From positions 1-64,000 of the forward strand of contig UYFQ01000247.1 in the NCBI GenBank assembly GCA_900617105.1: 64,000 nt of DNA. Reading direction: 5' to 3'. This document shows positions 38,301 through 63,034 of this stretch, piece by piece. Position numbers and translations under genes: made by a program. The notes under the pieces were generated by a model. It ran no database searches. It saw only the letters and a list, made by a program, of their open reading frames with translations, and was not told where the DNA came from. Source of the stretch: Hydrurus foetidus (taxonomy: Eukaryota). Every line of letters starts with the position of its first letter. Position 1 is the first letter of the stretch.

Positions 38301-38400
38301 AGAATCAGAGGTCCAAGGCCCAGGGGCAGAGAAGGAGTAGCAGGGGGAGGCGAGGAGGAGGGAGTGCAGGAGGCGGTGGACGAGCAGATAGAGGGGGTGG
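23876..38400 (+). CDS. DEAH/RHA-family RNA helicase with an ~820-aa low-complexity N-terminus, HA2 domain and RGG-rich C-terminus; many exons; 3' end approximate
   Basis: Exon 1 is 23876-26371 (ends LPIDAYREVILERIK). Later exons carry GETGCGKS (26702), SQPRRIAA, DEVHERS, LMSAT, ILVFVSG, IHSDL, VATNAAESSITLPDV, QRAGRTGR and HA2-like LTSIGRLAGNLPVDLQLGRL. Small GT-AG exons continue to ~37100, then GRGGRDE repeats from ~37660. Confidence 0.88.
30340..30495. repeat. Intronic (CTTT)n/(CCTT)n microsatellite before a 3' splice site
   Basis: Visible repeat ending near ttcaag|ATCTCGC at ~30521. Confidence 0.9.
35255..35410. repeat. Intronic (CT)n/(CA)n microsatellite
   Basis: Directly visible dinucleotide repeats. 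Confidence 0.9.
37660..37880 (+). repeat. 21-bp coding repeat (GGAAGAGGAGGAAGGGATGAA), read as GRGGRDE
   Basis: Tandem units are visible; they read as RGG boxes up to ~37750 and then as EEEGMKE after an indel. Confidence 0.8.
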
Positions 38401-41083
38401 TCAGAACCAGGTGAGACGTCATTTGCATTGAAATGTGTATAGTGACTTTTTTCTTGTCATTATGATAAAGCTGATATGATATCATAAATCATTGCAAAGT
38501 CTGGAAATCATTGTGGCGATTGATTTTCGACCCCATTTTTTTTCTTTTTCCGTCGCAGCTTTTCTGTCGCTGCCTGTGCACATCCTTTCTCTTCTCATCT
38601 CTTCTCTACCCTTTTTTTCTCCACTTTTTTTCCCTCGTCGACTTATCACTCTCTGTGTTACCTTCTGATGCATCTCCACTTCACGTGACTTCACTGCATT
38701 CCACTCACTGCATTGTATGTTGTCTCCGTTCTTCACGTAGACTCAAGGTTCTGACGGTACCAGAAGAATAGTCATGACTGCTGAAAACAAGTGAACAAAT
38801 GAAAGTAACAACGATGACAACAAGTGTCGCTTGATGCAGAACAGTTCATAGGAGAAGAGAAGCAGAACAGTTCACGACGTAACTCGGTCGATGATACCGT
38901 ATAGTTCTTTAAGACCACAATTAGCACTTAAGGAAATAAGAGAGAAAGAGGAAGGGATAAGGGAGAAAGAGGAAGGGAGGGAGGGAGGGAGAGAAAGAGG
39001 GAGACACATGCAGCTTGTGGCCTCGTGCAGCATTCATTGCGACTTCATTTATTATGTGTAAGTGCCGTGCTTTACAGTGCAGTACGTTACGGCCGATACG
39101 ATATGATACGGTGCAACAGTACAGTGATACGTTCACTTACTAATACACCTATTGCAATAAGCTCAATTTCGTAAATGATAACGCAGTGCAGTGCAACTGA
39201 GTATGATACAATTCCGTATTGTACCATATTGAATATAATACCGCTACACAGTGCATTGCAGAAATACGCTTTTTATGACGTTTCTACGTATACTCACTGA
39301 TTTGTAAGGAATAAAAGTACGGAAATGAATTTTTATTTCACGATTATAACGTATAGAAACCTTTAAACGCGATGTGCTAGTAGACATCAAACCTTATCTA
39401 TCTAATTATCCATCTATTTAACGATTTACGATTTCATCAATCCATCTATTCACATATCTATCAACTCGGGAATACTTCCTTGACAAGAGATTTAAGTACC
39501 GCCGACTCAACTAGTTTAGTCTTGACTGGTTTAGTCTAGTGTTCTCCTTTCCTCTTTTGTCTTCCTTTGTACCTCACTGTACTGTATTGTGCTGTGCAAA
39601 GTTTTCACCCGTTCTCTCTCCTAACTACCCTTCTCACCCTATCTTACCACAAGCAACTCATTCGGATGAAATCGAATTACATCGAATAAAATCGAATCAA
39701 ATTGGAACGTAAAGTAACACTTTTGACTGACTGACCCCAGTCCATCCGTACGTACGTCTGTCCGTTCTCCGCTTTTCCTTATTTTGCTATGAACTCTACA
39801 TTCTACTTTTTAACGTACGGACTTTTGATTGTACAGCTTTAAGCCGCACCAGTCTCGATATAAGGTTCGAGTCTTAATATTCTCAATCTAAATCGTATGA
39901 AGCGTATTTGATGACCCTTCACCCTACTGCACGACAGACACACACACACACACACGCACGCACGCATATACGCACTTTGTGTAAAATCTCAATGTGATGA
40001 GGGATTACTAAATAAGTTAAAATAAGACAAAAAATATTCTGAAAGCTATTCTCCCTTTTTTGCAAACAAATTACGACTTGAGGAATCCCTCTATTGAACA
40101 GAATAATAATCAATAACAATAATCGACAGAAGTAATGTAGGACTTGGAAGTCTACCACTCTATTCTTATTCTGCTAACGGTACTTATTTATCTTACCGCA
40201 GTTGAAAAGTAAAAATAATCTTGAGAAGAATAATCTTTCAAAATCAAAATGAAAAATTCAAAATTAATTATTAGCAACAAAAGAATAAAAAATCTATCTG
40301 ACAGAAATCAGTCATTTGGAAACTATCAGTTCATCTGGACACACATTCCCCACACAGCGCGAGAACAAGAGGGGTTCAGGACTTCAATTGAGACAACCTT
40401 TTCATTTCTGTTTCTACAGCGAGATGAGATTTGAGCACAGTAGGAAAATCTTTTTCTGCCTTAAATTCTTGTATGAAAATTGTATGATTAATGGTATTTG
40501 TTTCTACTTCAACATTTCTGCACCACTACAGATCAAACCGGACCATTTAAACTACCGTACGAACTCAAGTGCGTTTATTTTGAGCGGTGAAAATAACGGT
40601 TTATCTTCCGTAATATTGCACACTTGGATCGTCTTACACTATAACTTCAATTCGCTTGGATAAACAGAACCATTCCTTTCTAGCACTGCTGTGAACAACA
40701 TCTTAACTTAATATTACCGCTCATAAAAAATATGAATCACTTCTTGGGTCCCGCTCAAGAATGTCCCACTAAAAATCCACCCCTCAATTCCCTTGAAGTG
40801 CAGATTACATGTACTTATTTTGTATTTTGTATTCCAAATTCTGTATTCTGTATGTTTACCCTGATTAAGCTATTGCATCGAACATAATTCAAAAAGTGCC
40901 ACTTTACATGTACTGGCACGAAATTTTTTATGGTAAACAAAATGGAAGAGAAAAGTCATGAGGGCTGGCAACACTGGTGAAGCAAAAATCAATTTAATCA
41001 ATGGAAACAGTTTGCAGGTTGACGCGACACTTTGCTTCAACGCGACACTTTCTTCACACAACTGAATTTGTTGCAGATTTCAT

Positions 41084-42532
41084 TTATGGCGATTCTGGTG
41101 TCGAAATCTCACCAGGAAATTTACAGATAATTTTGGCCCAATGCGAGATCATTTTGAAGTGATGTTCTTTATGATCACTCCATTTCTTCTTGTCTTCCTC
41201 GCTTGCAACCACTTCTAGCATGTGTGATGAGACTTCGTAAGCCTTGGTAGCATGGTGAAATTTCGCCATATTGAGTTTACGTTCTCGTTCCGCAACTTAT
41301 TCTTTAACTCTGAGGGCGAGCATATCTCTTTCAATCTTGTCCCTCATCCTATCATACATTTGTCAAGTAAATAGTATTTTGAATTGTAAGTTATACTGTA
41401 TTTAAGATATCAAGCAAACATGTGAAACTTGCCTCATTTCCTCTAATCTTCTAGCTTCTCTGACCTCTGCCTTCGTCATATTGGCTATGCGATTCTTGTT
41501 CATTGTGTCTCGCCATTCAGCAAGCGTACGTGCTTGCACGAAGTTACAGTTGGTAATGTCAAAATTGTTGACCCTGGCATTGTATGGTCCATATAAGATG
41601 AAAAACAGCATGGCTGATGGGAACGAAGTGTCGGAGTCGACAGCGGTTTGTGACACTCCATCTGCGTCATTTTCAGCGTTACCGTCATTATCACGATTTT
41701 CCTCGAACTCCTCTGACAAGTTCTCACCATCATCCTCTGCTTTTTGATTTTCCTCGTAATCGGTGTCATTATCTAAGAATGCAGAGTTTGTTAAGCTTTA
41801 GATTTCTTTTGATTGTATTTCGCACCCAAAATGCGCTGGTGAACAATTTATCATTTACTTGCTGTAGCAGATGTTAAAATAGATCATAAAGAAGTGTCAA
41901 AACATTTTGTGTTTTGTATGCGTGGTCATGACAGAATACGAACCGTCCCATTTCTTCTCTTTGCTTCTCATCAAGACATATTGGAGCGCATCGTCTTCAT
42001 TCTTTCCTATCGGCATTCTTCCGTGGACTAGAAACTCCATCCAAGAAGCGAGGAACAATGAAGCGTAGTCTAAAGTTTCCTCAGCTCTCTCCATAATTTT
42101 ACGACCAGAAATCAGACGTTCCCCCTCAACTTTTGCCCGATAGATAACGTCTTTAATGCTTTCATGACTTACTCCTGAGAGATGTCCATAGCCTGCAGCG
42201 ATTCTACCTGAATCCCAGAGAATGCCGAATCGGCCATAGCCGGTCAGAAAATTTCGAACGAGGCCCCCTTTGGTGTCTTCATTATGTCCGTGATAATAGT
42301 CGTAACATTTCTTCCTCTCTGCAGTCGTCCCAAGCACGAGGGTCCCATGGTTACAACCTTTCATGACTACGGTGAAGCTTGCTGCTGCCATTAAGCATTG
42401 GAAGGCCTTCAACTGCTTGGCGGTTAGAGGTTGCGCCGATACAGACACCGCAGGAGCATCTCGAATGTCGGCAGTCTTCGCCTTCTTGACAGAGGGATTC
42501 GCTTTGGTCGATTCAGTAGGTCGCTTCATCAT
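41084..42532 (-). pseudogene. Spliced gene of unknown function (exons 42532-41944, 41772-41432, 41349-41084) with a premature TAA
   Basis: Intron 1 (GT 41943 to AG 41773) joins KWD|DNDTDYEE in frame. Intron 2 uses a GCAAGT donor and joins EEMR|MRDKIERD. An in-frame TAA at 41297-41299 interrupts an otherwise open coiled-coil exon. Basic NLS-like N-terminus. Confidence 0.55.
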
Positions 42533-45351
42533 TTTAGAAGTGTGACCGACGTCAACTTTTCAAATCGGTACTATATTTTGGTTCCATTTGTTGACAAATG
42601 ATGATCAAAATGATCAATTTTGTATACTTTGTCAGAATTGGATTCTGTCCTCCACTACATACGAGCAGAGACAAATCACGAAGTACAAAATGGAAGATTT
42701 GAAATTTTTCAATAGGTAGAAATCATTTCCACTTCGTTGAGCTCTATCTTCAATAGTTCTTTCAGTGGTGAATTTTTGTTCTGTTGTGATCAATGCCGAG
42801 GATGGGCACAGACAGAAGCGAAAAATCCTGTAGGTCAATATTTGACAATTGTCTTCTGATTTGATTGTCAATGATATTTGTCTTTTTCAGGAGTAGGTTT
42901 CTTCGAATTTAGAAGTTAATCGACAGCATGATAAGACGTAACCTGTTGTTAAACATCTATGGTTTCGTTAACACAAGAAGTCATTAATAGGATAAACTTT
43001 AAATTTGAAAACTACAGAAAGAAAGTCGTCTTCAAAAGTTGACTATGTCCACACCAAATTCTTTAAACAACCCAACCCGCGAGTGCACTGCCCTGTCCAC
43101 GAAAAAGGTAGCGCATAGTTGTATTTGGTGCATGTGAGTTGGGCGTGATGGTTACACCGCGAGTGGGCAACATGATCTGCGTTTGATAAGTTAGTGATAA
43201 CTGTTCTTAATTTATTAACCAAGTCGAGGATTAAATGATAAGCTGTTGAGATCACGGAAATTTCTTTATGACATCCTGCGCATAAGACGCCGCAGTATAT
43301 ATTGATGAAAGAAAAACATGCTGAATCAAAGCTTACAGCTTACAGCATGACTCTTCTTGACAGCGAAAGCAAAAACTGAAATAGCACTTCACCCTCTCAA
43401 TACTAGTATCAGTATTTGGTATTTGGTGAATATGTTGGTGGCGGCTTGTTCTGCATGAAAATTTTGTGCCTTCATTTCATTTGTCATAAAAAGTGTTACG
43501 ATCCTTGCTGATTTCAAGTCGGTGCAATAAAAAATTCACTACTTTTTGTTGAATAGTTTTGGCAGGGAAGGGCGGTGAAGGTTTTTCTACATCCCCTTGA
43601 CTATAAATTTCAAATGTTAGTTGATTTATGTCGATTCCATTTGGACGGTAACAATTGAGTTTCGACTGATGAGTTTTTACAGCCCTTGATCTCAGGAAGC
43701 AGCGAGATTGAATTGGCATCAACTCACGACTGTACTTCGCTCCTTAAGTATATGTGTGTTCTTAAAATGAAGATGACTGTTTCATCTCTCCCATTATCTG
43801 TAAGCCAAAAAACGCAAACTAAACTCTTCCTCACAATGAATTTTTATTTTTATTGATTAATGAAAAATCAAAAATGCGTCGAGGTAGTTGCACTAAATTT
43901 CAAAACTGAGATTATCAAAAATGTGTCTTTACAAAATGGAAAATTTTGTGCACAAACATTTTTATGACTCACCCAAAATTGAAAATCAGAATTATATGTT
44001 ATCACTTTTATTTCACTCAAAAAGTATGAAGAGACAGATTTTCTTTTATATGCCAACCATTTACTTCAGTTTAATTAAATTTTAGATTTACAGATCGTAA
44101 AAATGGTACAGAAGATATAACTCTAGTTATAATGCGTCGCTATTTATCAGCAGTGACACAACACTATTCCATCGGTATAGTGACAGAATAGAATAGGGTA
44201 GGACAGAACAGGACTGCAAAAGATAAGAGAAGAGAAGATAGCATTGCATAGGATAGGATGAAGCCACCCCGCTTCATGTCATCCCATCTCCATCAATTTC
44301 GTTCAATCGATGCGTCACTGTCTACATGACTGGGTGTTGTATTCCATTTGACTTCCTAAATTCCTCAAGGGGAAACTTGGGAGAGGAAATTAGGGGGGAC
44401 AGCTAGGGGCTGTGCATTTAATTGGTAACAATGTCTTACCCACACACACCTCCCTTCCTCCCTTTCTCTCTATTACCCTCCTTCACCCTTTCTAACTCCC
44501 ACCCCAAACAAACCTCGGTTGACCACTCACATACAGCGACACACTTTCACTCACGCACCCCTTCACTCCTCTACTCACTTTACCATTCATTGCACGAACT
44601 CGTATCATTTCTAATATCAATTCAGTCACGCACACTCATTTATTCACACATCAATAATTTATTTTGTTGTCCTAATACACTCACACACGTATCATCTGAA
44701 TGATTTGTATCTCTACATTCAACTTATCATACACGAAATGTACACGCACGGACACGATATATCTCGCTATTTTTATTATTCACTCACCCATGTTCAATGA
44801 ATCACGCATCAAAAAAATTATTCGCACAGCTAATTTGCACAAAAGCATCTAATGTACAAACATCAGTCAAATCATGCCAGTATTCTGTAAATATCTAATG
44901 TGACAGAAAATTAGATGGCGAATCAGATTAATCAACTTAATGCGGAGAGATTATCAAAATCTTTTCAGAGAATATTCCTCTTTCCTCTGAGAGAAAGTCG
45001 TCTACAATTCATTATGGTCATATTATTGTCCGAGTTGTAAGGATAGATTCCAGCTATAGCCACTGATGGCCGATTATGCTACTACATTTATTCGGAGAGA
45101 TTAAGAGTGGTGCAGAGCAAAAGAGAAGAGAAGAGAGTAGAAGAGAAGAGAGCAGAACATTATAAGATGGAAAAAAGGAACAAAGAAGACTAGATTAGAA
45201 GAGAAGAGAAGAGAAGAGAAGAGAAGAGAAGGAGGCAAAATGAAGAACGGAATACCCTTAGAAGACTGCGAAGATGTGAGAGGAAATAAGAAAGATCCCT
45301 AGCAGAACATCGACAGCAAACTCCCCCACCCTCACGACACAGCACAGCACC

Positions 45352-57295
<11,944 letters not shown>

Positions 57296-58662
57296 CGTAA
57301 AGTTTCTTCAATTTAACTAAACCTCTCCTGTATTTCACTGAATTCCCTCAACGATACGTTGTAGAAGACATTCGCTAAGTCTACGCAAGTCTCGAGATAT
57401 CAAGTAGATCCTGACACCCGGTCTACCCATATGTGAAACTCGCATGACAGAGCAATCATTAAACGATGCTCGCGATTGCGTCGTGGTCTGGCTGATGAGG
57501 GATACTCCCTGATCGCGCTCAACCACGCATAACTAATTGGGAATCAGATCTACTGACTACTTCCTCCGTAACAAGGACGAAACACAGCTGACGTCGTCAG
57601 CATCAACGCGGCGTTTGATTGGTGCTATTTACTGAGGTTAGACAGATAGAGCAAGCAGAGATCGAGATGAGATTCGACTGAAATGTGAAATGAAGACTGA
57701 AGTCGCCAGCGGTCCTTTTTTCCTCGCATGAAAAACGCACCAAAACAGAAACGACGTGGCGTGACAAGGACTCCTTTGCATCCGGTTAGTGTTTGGAAGA
57801 ACCGTACACAATATCATATATCTTATCTGCTGTATTTGTTGAATGGAAAATCGAAGTTCTCGCTGGTCGACGAAGTCCAGTGTCGGCGAGATGCAACCCA
57901 AGATGCAGGACTGTGAACGTCAACGAATATGAGGTCGATATCGTCCCCAATAATTCGTGTCGTCAAGGTGGGCAGTCAAGCGTGGAATGCATAGATGAGA
58001 CTCAGAAGCACATTTCCTATCATGTTGATTTACAATAAAAAAAACCCAAAAATGTCTTGTTGCAATTTTGCGGGATTTTCTAAATGGCTTCTTTATTCTT
58101 GACATGATTTCTATCGAGAACTTCTGTTCAGATATTGAGGAAGACGATTTTTTTCAAAATTAATTCTACAAAATTCCTGAACATCAAAGAGTAGTATGCA
58201 GCAATATCAGATTGTATTTTGATAATTACCATTTCATAATGCTCATCAAGTGCAATTTATAACTCCCCTGAAATATCTATGACCTATTCGATTGCTGAGC
58301 GCTTCGGATTACTTCTTCTTCGCCGATACCTGAGCGATCACTTCTTCGGTACTCGTATCATTTACGGTGATCTTACTGCACTCGTTCTTACTCTAGAATG
58401 CAACGAAAAAATCTTTCTATCTGAGTGCTTTGTTCTTTTACCGTTTGATACAACGCTCTCAATTAAAGAATTGTTTCAATCAATGAATGCAGTTTCAACA
58501 TTTCTGATGCTAAATATGATAAGAATTTTTTTAAAAAAGATTTCAAAAGTTTCCCCTGAAACTACAGTCACATATTGTACTGTTTAGAGCAAATTGTACG
58601 GTAGGAAACTACTACTTTTAGGTAGGTCATTATATGTACACCGTTAAAGAGGTTGCATGATC

Positions 58663-58725
58663 TGTCTTCGCCGTCTGCATGTCGCCCCTTGATCTGCAAG
58701 GGGCGACATGCAGACGGCGAAGACA
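58663..58725. other. Perfect 29-bp stem-loop ~90 nt upstream of the MAD1 start codon
   Basis: TGTCTTCGCCGTCTGCATGTCGCCCCTTG - loop ATCTG - CAAGGGGCGACATGCAGACGGCGAAGACA. Confidence 0.9.
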
Positions 58726-58815
58726 ACGCCTGTGGTCTGTGCCTTTCTAACAAGCTCCGGATGAGTAAAGATATTTCACCACATACGCCCAAAAAGTGAG
58801 GTCTCTCTGTTTACA

Positions 58816-61800
58816 ATGGCGAACTGGGGCGATGACTACAGTTTACTTATTCATTCTATTGAGGGTCATATATCTGAGCACATGGCAGCCTCTCCAACAA
58901 CTAATCCATCTATCCCATCCAGTCAATCAACGTCAGCCTACAAGAAGAGGCGATTGTCTTCAGAAATATCTACATATACTGCCCACTCCGATGAGGATGA
59001 GAATGGCTCATTCAGCGACAGGATTTCGAGTTACCAAAACGCTGATGTCATGAAAATGGCAGCGGAACTGGATGAAACTAGGTTACTCAACGAGCAGCTT
59101 CATGAGAAATACAACGGCATCGCTGATGAATTCTCAAAGTACAAGGGTAAAGCTGTGAAACAGCTACAATTCATGGTCGCTGAAAATGATCAGCTGAAGA
59201 AAGAAACAGCTGCACAGTCAGACCGTTATTATGATGAGAAGAAGAAATGGCAATCAAGTCTTAGAGGCATTGAAAGTGAACTATCTAGACTGAATCGAAG
59301 AGGTAAGTAAAGCTGGATAGCCTACAATGCATTGAAAGTAGTCAAAGTCTTGTAGAGATTAATGATAATTTTATTCATTTTTTCAAGGCAATAACGAAGC
59401 TATTTCGCCAGCTTCAATCCCAACTTCTTCCACCAGGCTAGGGACAGTATCAGATGCAAGACTCTCTGGAATAGAAATGAATGTAGCGATGAAAAGCAAT
59501 GAAGTAAAAGTCTTATCTGCTGCAAATGCGGAGCTTGACGAAAGGTGCTCTAAACTTCAGCAAGAACTCATGCTGGCAAAACTTAAAATAGGCGAACAAG
59601 CTCAGGCTGATGATGACGTGTTTGAGAGCAGAGATTATCGAAAGCGTTGCGCTGATCTTGAGACGAATTTAAGGCAGAAAAGTCGTGATTATGACCGCCT
59701 TGAAGGGAAAATGCAGAATCAATCTTTACTAGAGGAAGAGCTGGCAACGGCGAATATGAAATTGAAAATAGCACAGGAAAATAATGATAAATCAGTAGTT
59801 ATAGCATCACTGTATCATTCTCTACTTGACGAGAAGGAAGAGTGGTCCACACTATTTCAGGGTATCACAATTGAGAACGATAATCTTCCACACCAGAAAA
59901 CTATCCCAGAATTAAAAGTCGCTGGACGCTCATCTCAAAATATTAATCCAGCAGCTATTCTCCGATCATTAGGAGCGTTACAAAAAAGATATGTTCTGCT
60001 GTTGAAGTCTCAGAGCGAATTTGAAGAATCAAGGTTAGAGATTTTTAGGAAACAAGAAATGACAGAAGGAGATCTAATTGTTCTGAAAAATGAAAAGAAT
60101 GACGCACTTTTCCAACTTGAAAGATCAGCCTCTAGATTGAGATTGGCGCAGAGACAAGCCAAACTGTACGAAGGAGAAGTGACCAGTTTGAGAGCATTAT
60201 TGAGTTCGTTTGATGTTGAATTTGGTATGGGACTACCAACAAATAGTACCCTCTTTCACATGAAAGACAAAATTATCTCCGGATTACAAGAAGAATTAGA
60301 CACTGTTAGAAAAGAGTCAAAGAGTATCTGCGAACATGCGGAGAGTCTAGAGTTGAAGTTGTTGGCAGAAGAAGCATCTGTGAATGTGGCTCTAGGGGAG
60401 GGGACCTGTGTGGGTGATTCTGATAAGAATCTGGAACGTGCGTACGTACTGAGAGAAGAAGCACTTAAGGAAGAGTTACTAGCCCTGCAATCCTTCTCTG
60501 GTGTAGACTACGTCCCAGGCAAGACTAAGGTATAAATTCTACTGACATCTGACACAAAATAGATAGGAGTGACTGGTTGAACGTACACCTTTTCCTTCCC
60601 CTCTTCCTCTCTTAATTTCATCGCTTGGTTAAATGTTAAAGCAACAATGAAATTACCCCTCTTTTCCTCTTCTTTTCTCCCTCTCTCTCTTCCTTTCCGT
60701 ACTTTCCTTCAAGATAATTTGTATTTATTAAGAACCTAAAATGCCACGAAGAAGTTCTATCTTTTATTGAACACGTATATATAGTAAAAAATATGCAAAA
60801 TATTATTTCACTAAGAATGCTGCAAAATGAATCTAACGATCCTGTTACTATCCTGTTAACACCATCACACCTCATCTCATCAATTTCAACCATAGTCATT
60901 CTTTTTTTCTTTTTTTCTTAAGGTGTTACACTTGATAGACAATCCCTCCAAACAGCTCAAAGGACCAAGCAGTAGTGACGTATCTAGTCTGCCTAGAGAC
61001 ATTATAAAGCGCCTCCAGAAAGAACTGAAACACATGCACGGACGCGGAGGAAATCAAGACGGGGACAGTTTCAACGATTCCAAGGGGGACATAAGTGTTC
61101 CGACAGAAGGAATAGTGACGTCATCATCTACGTAAGTGTTCCGATCAGAATATCCATGTCTTATCGAAAGGATCTATTGAAATACTATTTATTGAATCAA
61201 TGATTGAGACACAATCAACCTCTTACGATGAATAATGATCTAACATCGTATTTTTGATGCTATTTCAGAGTAAATGCTGCCGACTCCAATAAAATGAATC
61301 AAAGACTCAAGGAAATGTTCAAGGAGAGAATAACGAGTTTCAGAGAGAGCGTGTATCTGCTGACTGGATATAAGGTAAAACATCCATTTGTTTTACCACT
61401 AAATTTAAGATTTACCATCAAATTTGAGATTTACTTTTAAAATATTCTTTCTTTGTCGATAAAGATTTCCCGACAAATTTATGGATAAAGAATTCAACAC
61501 CAGTGATTTATCTTGCGAGTATTTTGATTTTGAGCTCTTAACTTATGGCTTCAAATTCTGACTTTCGCATCTACTCTCATACTTTTATTTCTTATCTTAC
61601 GTAACTTTCAATTTACCTATCTCACTACACTATTACCTATTCTACGTACATCTTTTATTTTGCGGTTTAATGTTTCGTTTTATATTCTTATTGTGTGCAT
61701 TGTTATTCATCAAATTAATTCCTGTGAATGTAGGTGGATCTGTACGCGGCTGACACTCCTGGAGGCCATTCTCGACTCCGGCTAAGATCGATGTATTCGG

Positions 61801-62443
61801 ACGACCCAGAGGACTCCTTGCTATTCAGGGTAATCACTTTCATTCTCGTGTTTTGTATTCTGTATTTTGTATTCTGCATATTTTTTTGTATGTCCGTGGT
61901 CTATTATCTATGTGGTCTTTTCAGAAGCGGGGTTTTATTTTAAGTCGGATTTTCTCGTATTGAGGCTTGCCCACTAGTAGCCGTTATTGATATTAGAGAC
62001 ACATGACGTGTTAAGCAAGTACAATGTGGTTCCTATGTCTAGACCTATCATTTTCAGTTTACTTCAACTTCTCTCTTTATGTCCCCTCATATCCCACTCT
62101 ACCCTGACCTACCCTACCCTAGCCTGACCGGACCGGACCGGACCGGACCTACCCTACCCTAGCCCGACCTAACCTAACCTAACCTGACCTGACCTAACCT
62201 GACCTGACCTGACCTGACCTGACCTGACCTGACCTGACCTGACCTGACCTTTTTTCTTCCTCATACTCATCTTTTCTTTTTGCATAACAGATGCAAGGCG
62301 ACAGTCTAGAGTTGATTGAGACTCCTTTTGCAGCCAAACTGGACCCACAGCTGTTCACCTATTTGACAACCTGCAACTCTGTGCCTGCTTTTTTGTCAAA
62401 CGTTACAATGGAACTGTTCGACAGTCAAACGTTCCTAGGCTAA
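58816..62443 (+). CDS. MAD1: Mitotic spindle assembly checkpoint protein MAD1
   Basis: Exons ~58816-59302, 59388-60529, 60923-61130, 61270-61374, 61734-61829 and 62291-62443. Long coiled coil, Mad2-interaction motif TKVLHLIDNP, RLK motif (NQRLKEMF..FRESVYLLTGYKVD), RLRSMY and C-terminal SVPAFLSNVTMELF. Confidence 0.92.
62095..62250 (+). repeat. Compound pentamer microsatellite (CCCTA)/(CCGGA)/(CCTAA)/(CCTGA) in the last MAD1 intron
   Basis: Visible period-5 repeat immediately before the polypyrimidine tract and the AG at 62290. Confidence 0.9.
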
Positions 62444-62629
62444 TGGAAATGAGTGAAAAAGATAAGATAAGAAAAGAACGAGAAGTATATGAATGAAAAG
62501 AATGCGGAGTAAGAGGAGAAAATGAGTGGATAGGAAAGAAAAGAAAAGGAAAAGAAAGAAATAGACATGAGAAAATTATGATGTAATATGAACGTGAGAA
62601 TATACGTATAACATAATGATATTTTGTAT

Positions 62630-63034
62630 TTATGATGACGTACTTGGACGCAAATTTAGGACAGCATTGAACACTGGCGATTCCTTACTGCCATTTCTAC
62701 CGAGTGCGCATAAAGTTTGGCCGTGCCATTTCTCCTTGAAGTGACGTGTCTTTTTTATCCCGTGTTCACTTACAACAACGATTTCGTGGTATGCGATTTG
62801 GTATGTGATCGCAGGGCTCCTCAGATAGAATTGATTATGAGCGCCGTATTCAAATGAAGAAGCAGAGAAGCGTTTTAATATTATGAGTAACTCCTTCCCA
62901 TCAGTTGTACAACCCAAGCAAGGTACGTTACATGCATGCACCACGATCAATAATGTTTTATCGTATAGGAGATTGTCTGCTTCGACATGGCATTTTTGCA
63001 AAACTTGAGAGAATTCATCATCCCACAAGAACAA
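62630..63034 (-). CDS. Possible small gene or last exon of unknown function
   Basis: 134-codon non-repetitive ORF between MAD1 and the YoaK-like gene; no recognisable motif and no ATG start. Confidence 0.3.
   Translation of the reverse strand: MFLWDDEFSQVLQKCHVEADNLLYDKTLLIVVHACNVPCLGCTTDGKELLIILKRFSASSFEYGAHNQFYLRSPAITYQIAYHEIVVVSEHGIKKTRHFKEKWHGQTLCALGRNGSKESPVFNAVLNLRPSTSS

Noticed and set aside
39835..39885. tRNA or SINE suggested by a GGTTCGAGTC B-box
   Set aside because: No A-box, acceptor stem or cloverleaf could be formed.
57335..58792. Short ORFs between the cyclase and MAD1
   Set aside because: No motifs or consistent splice structure; treated as the divergent promoter region.
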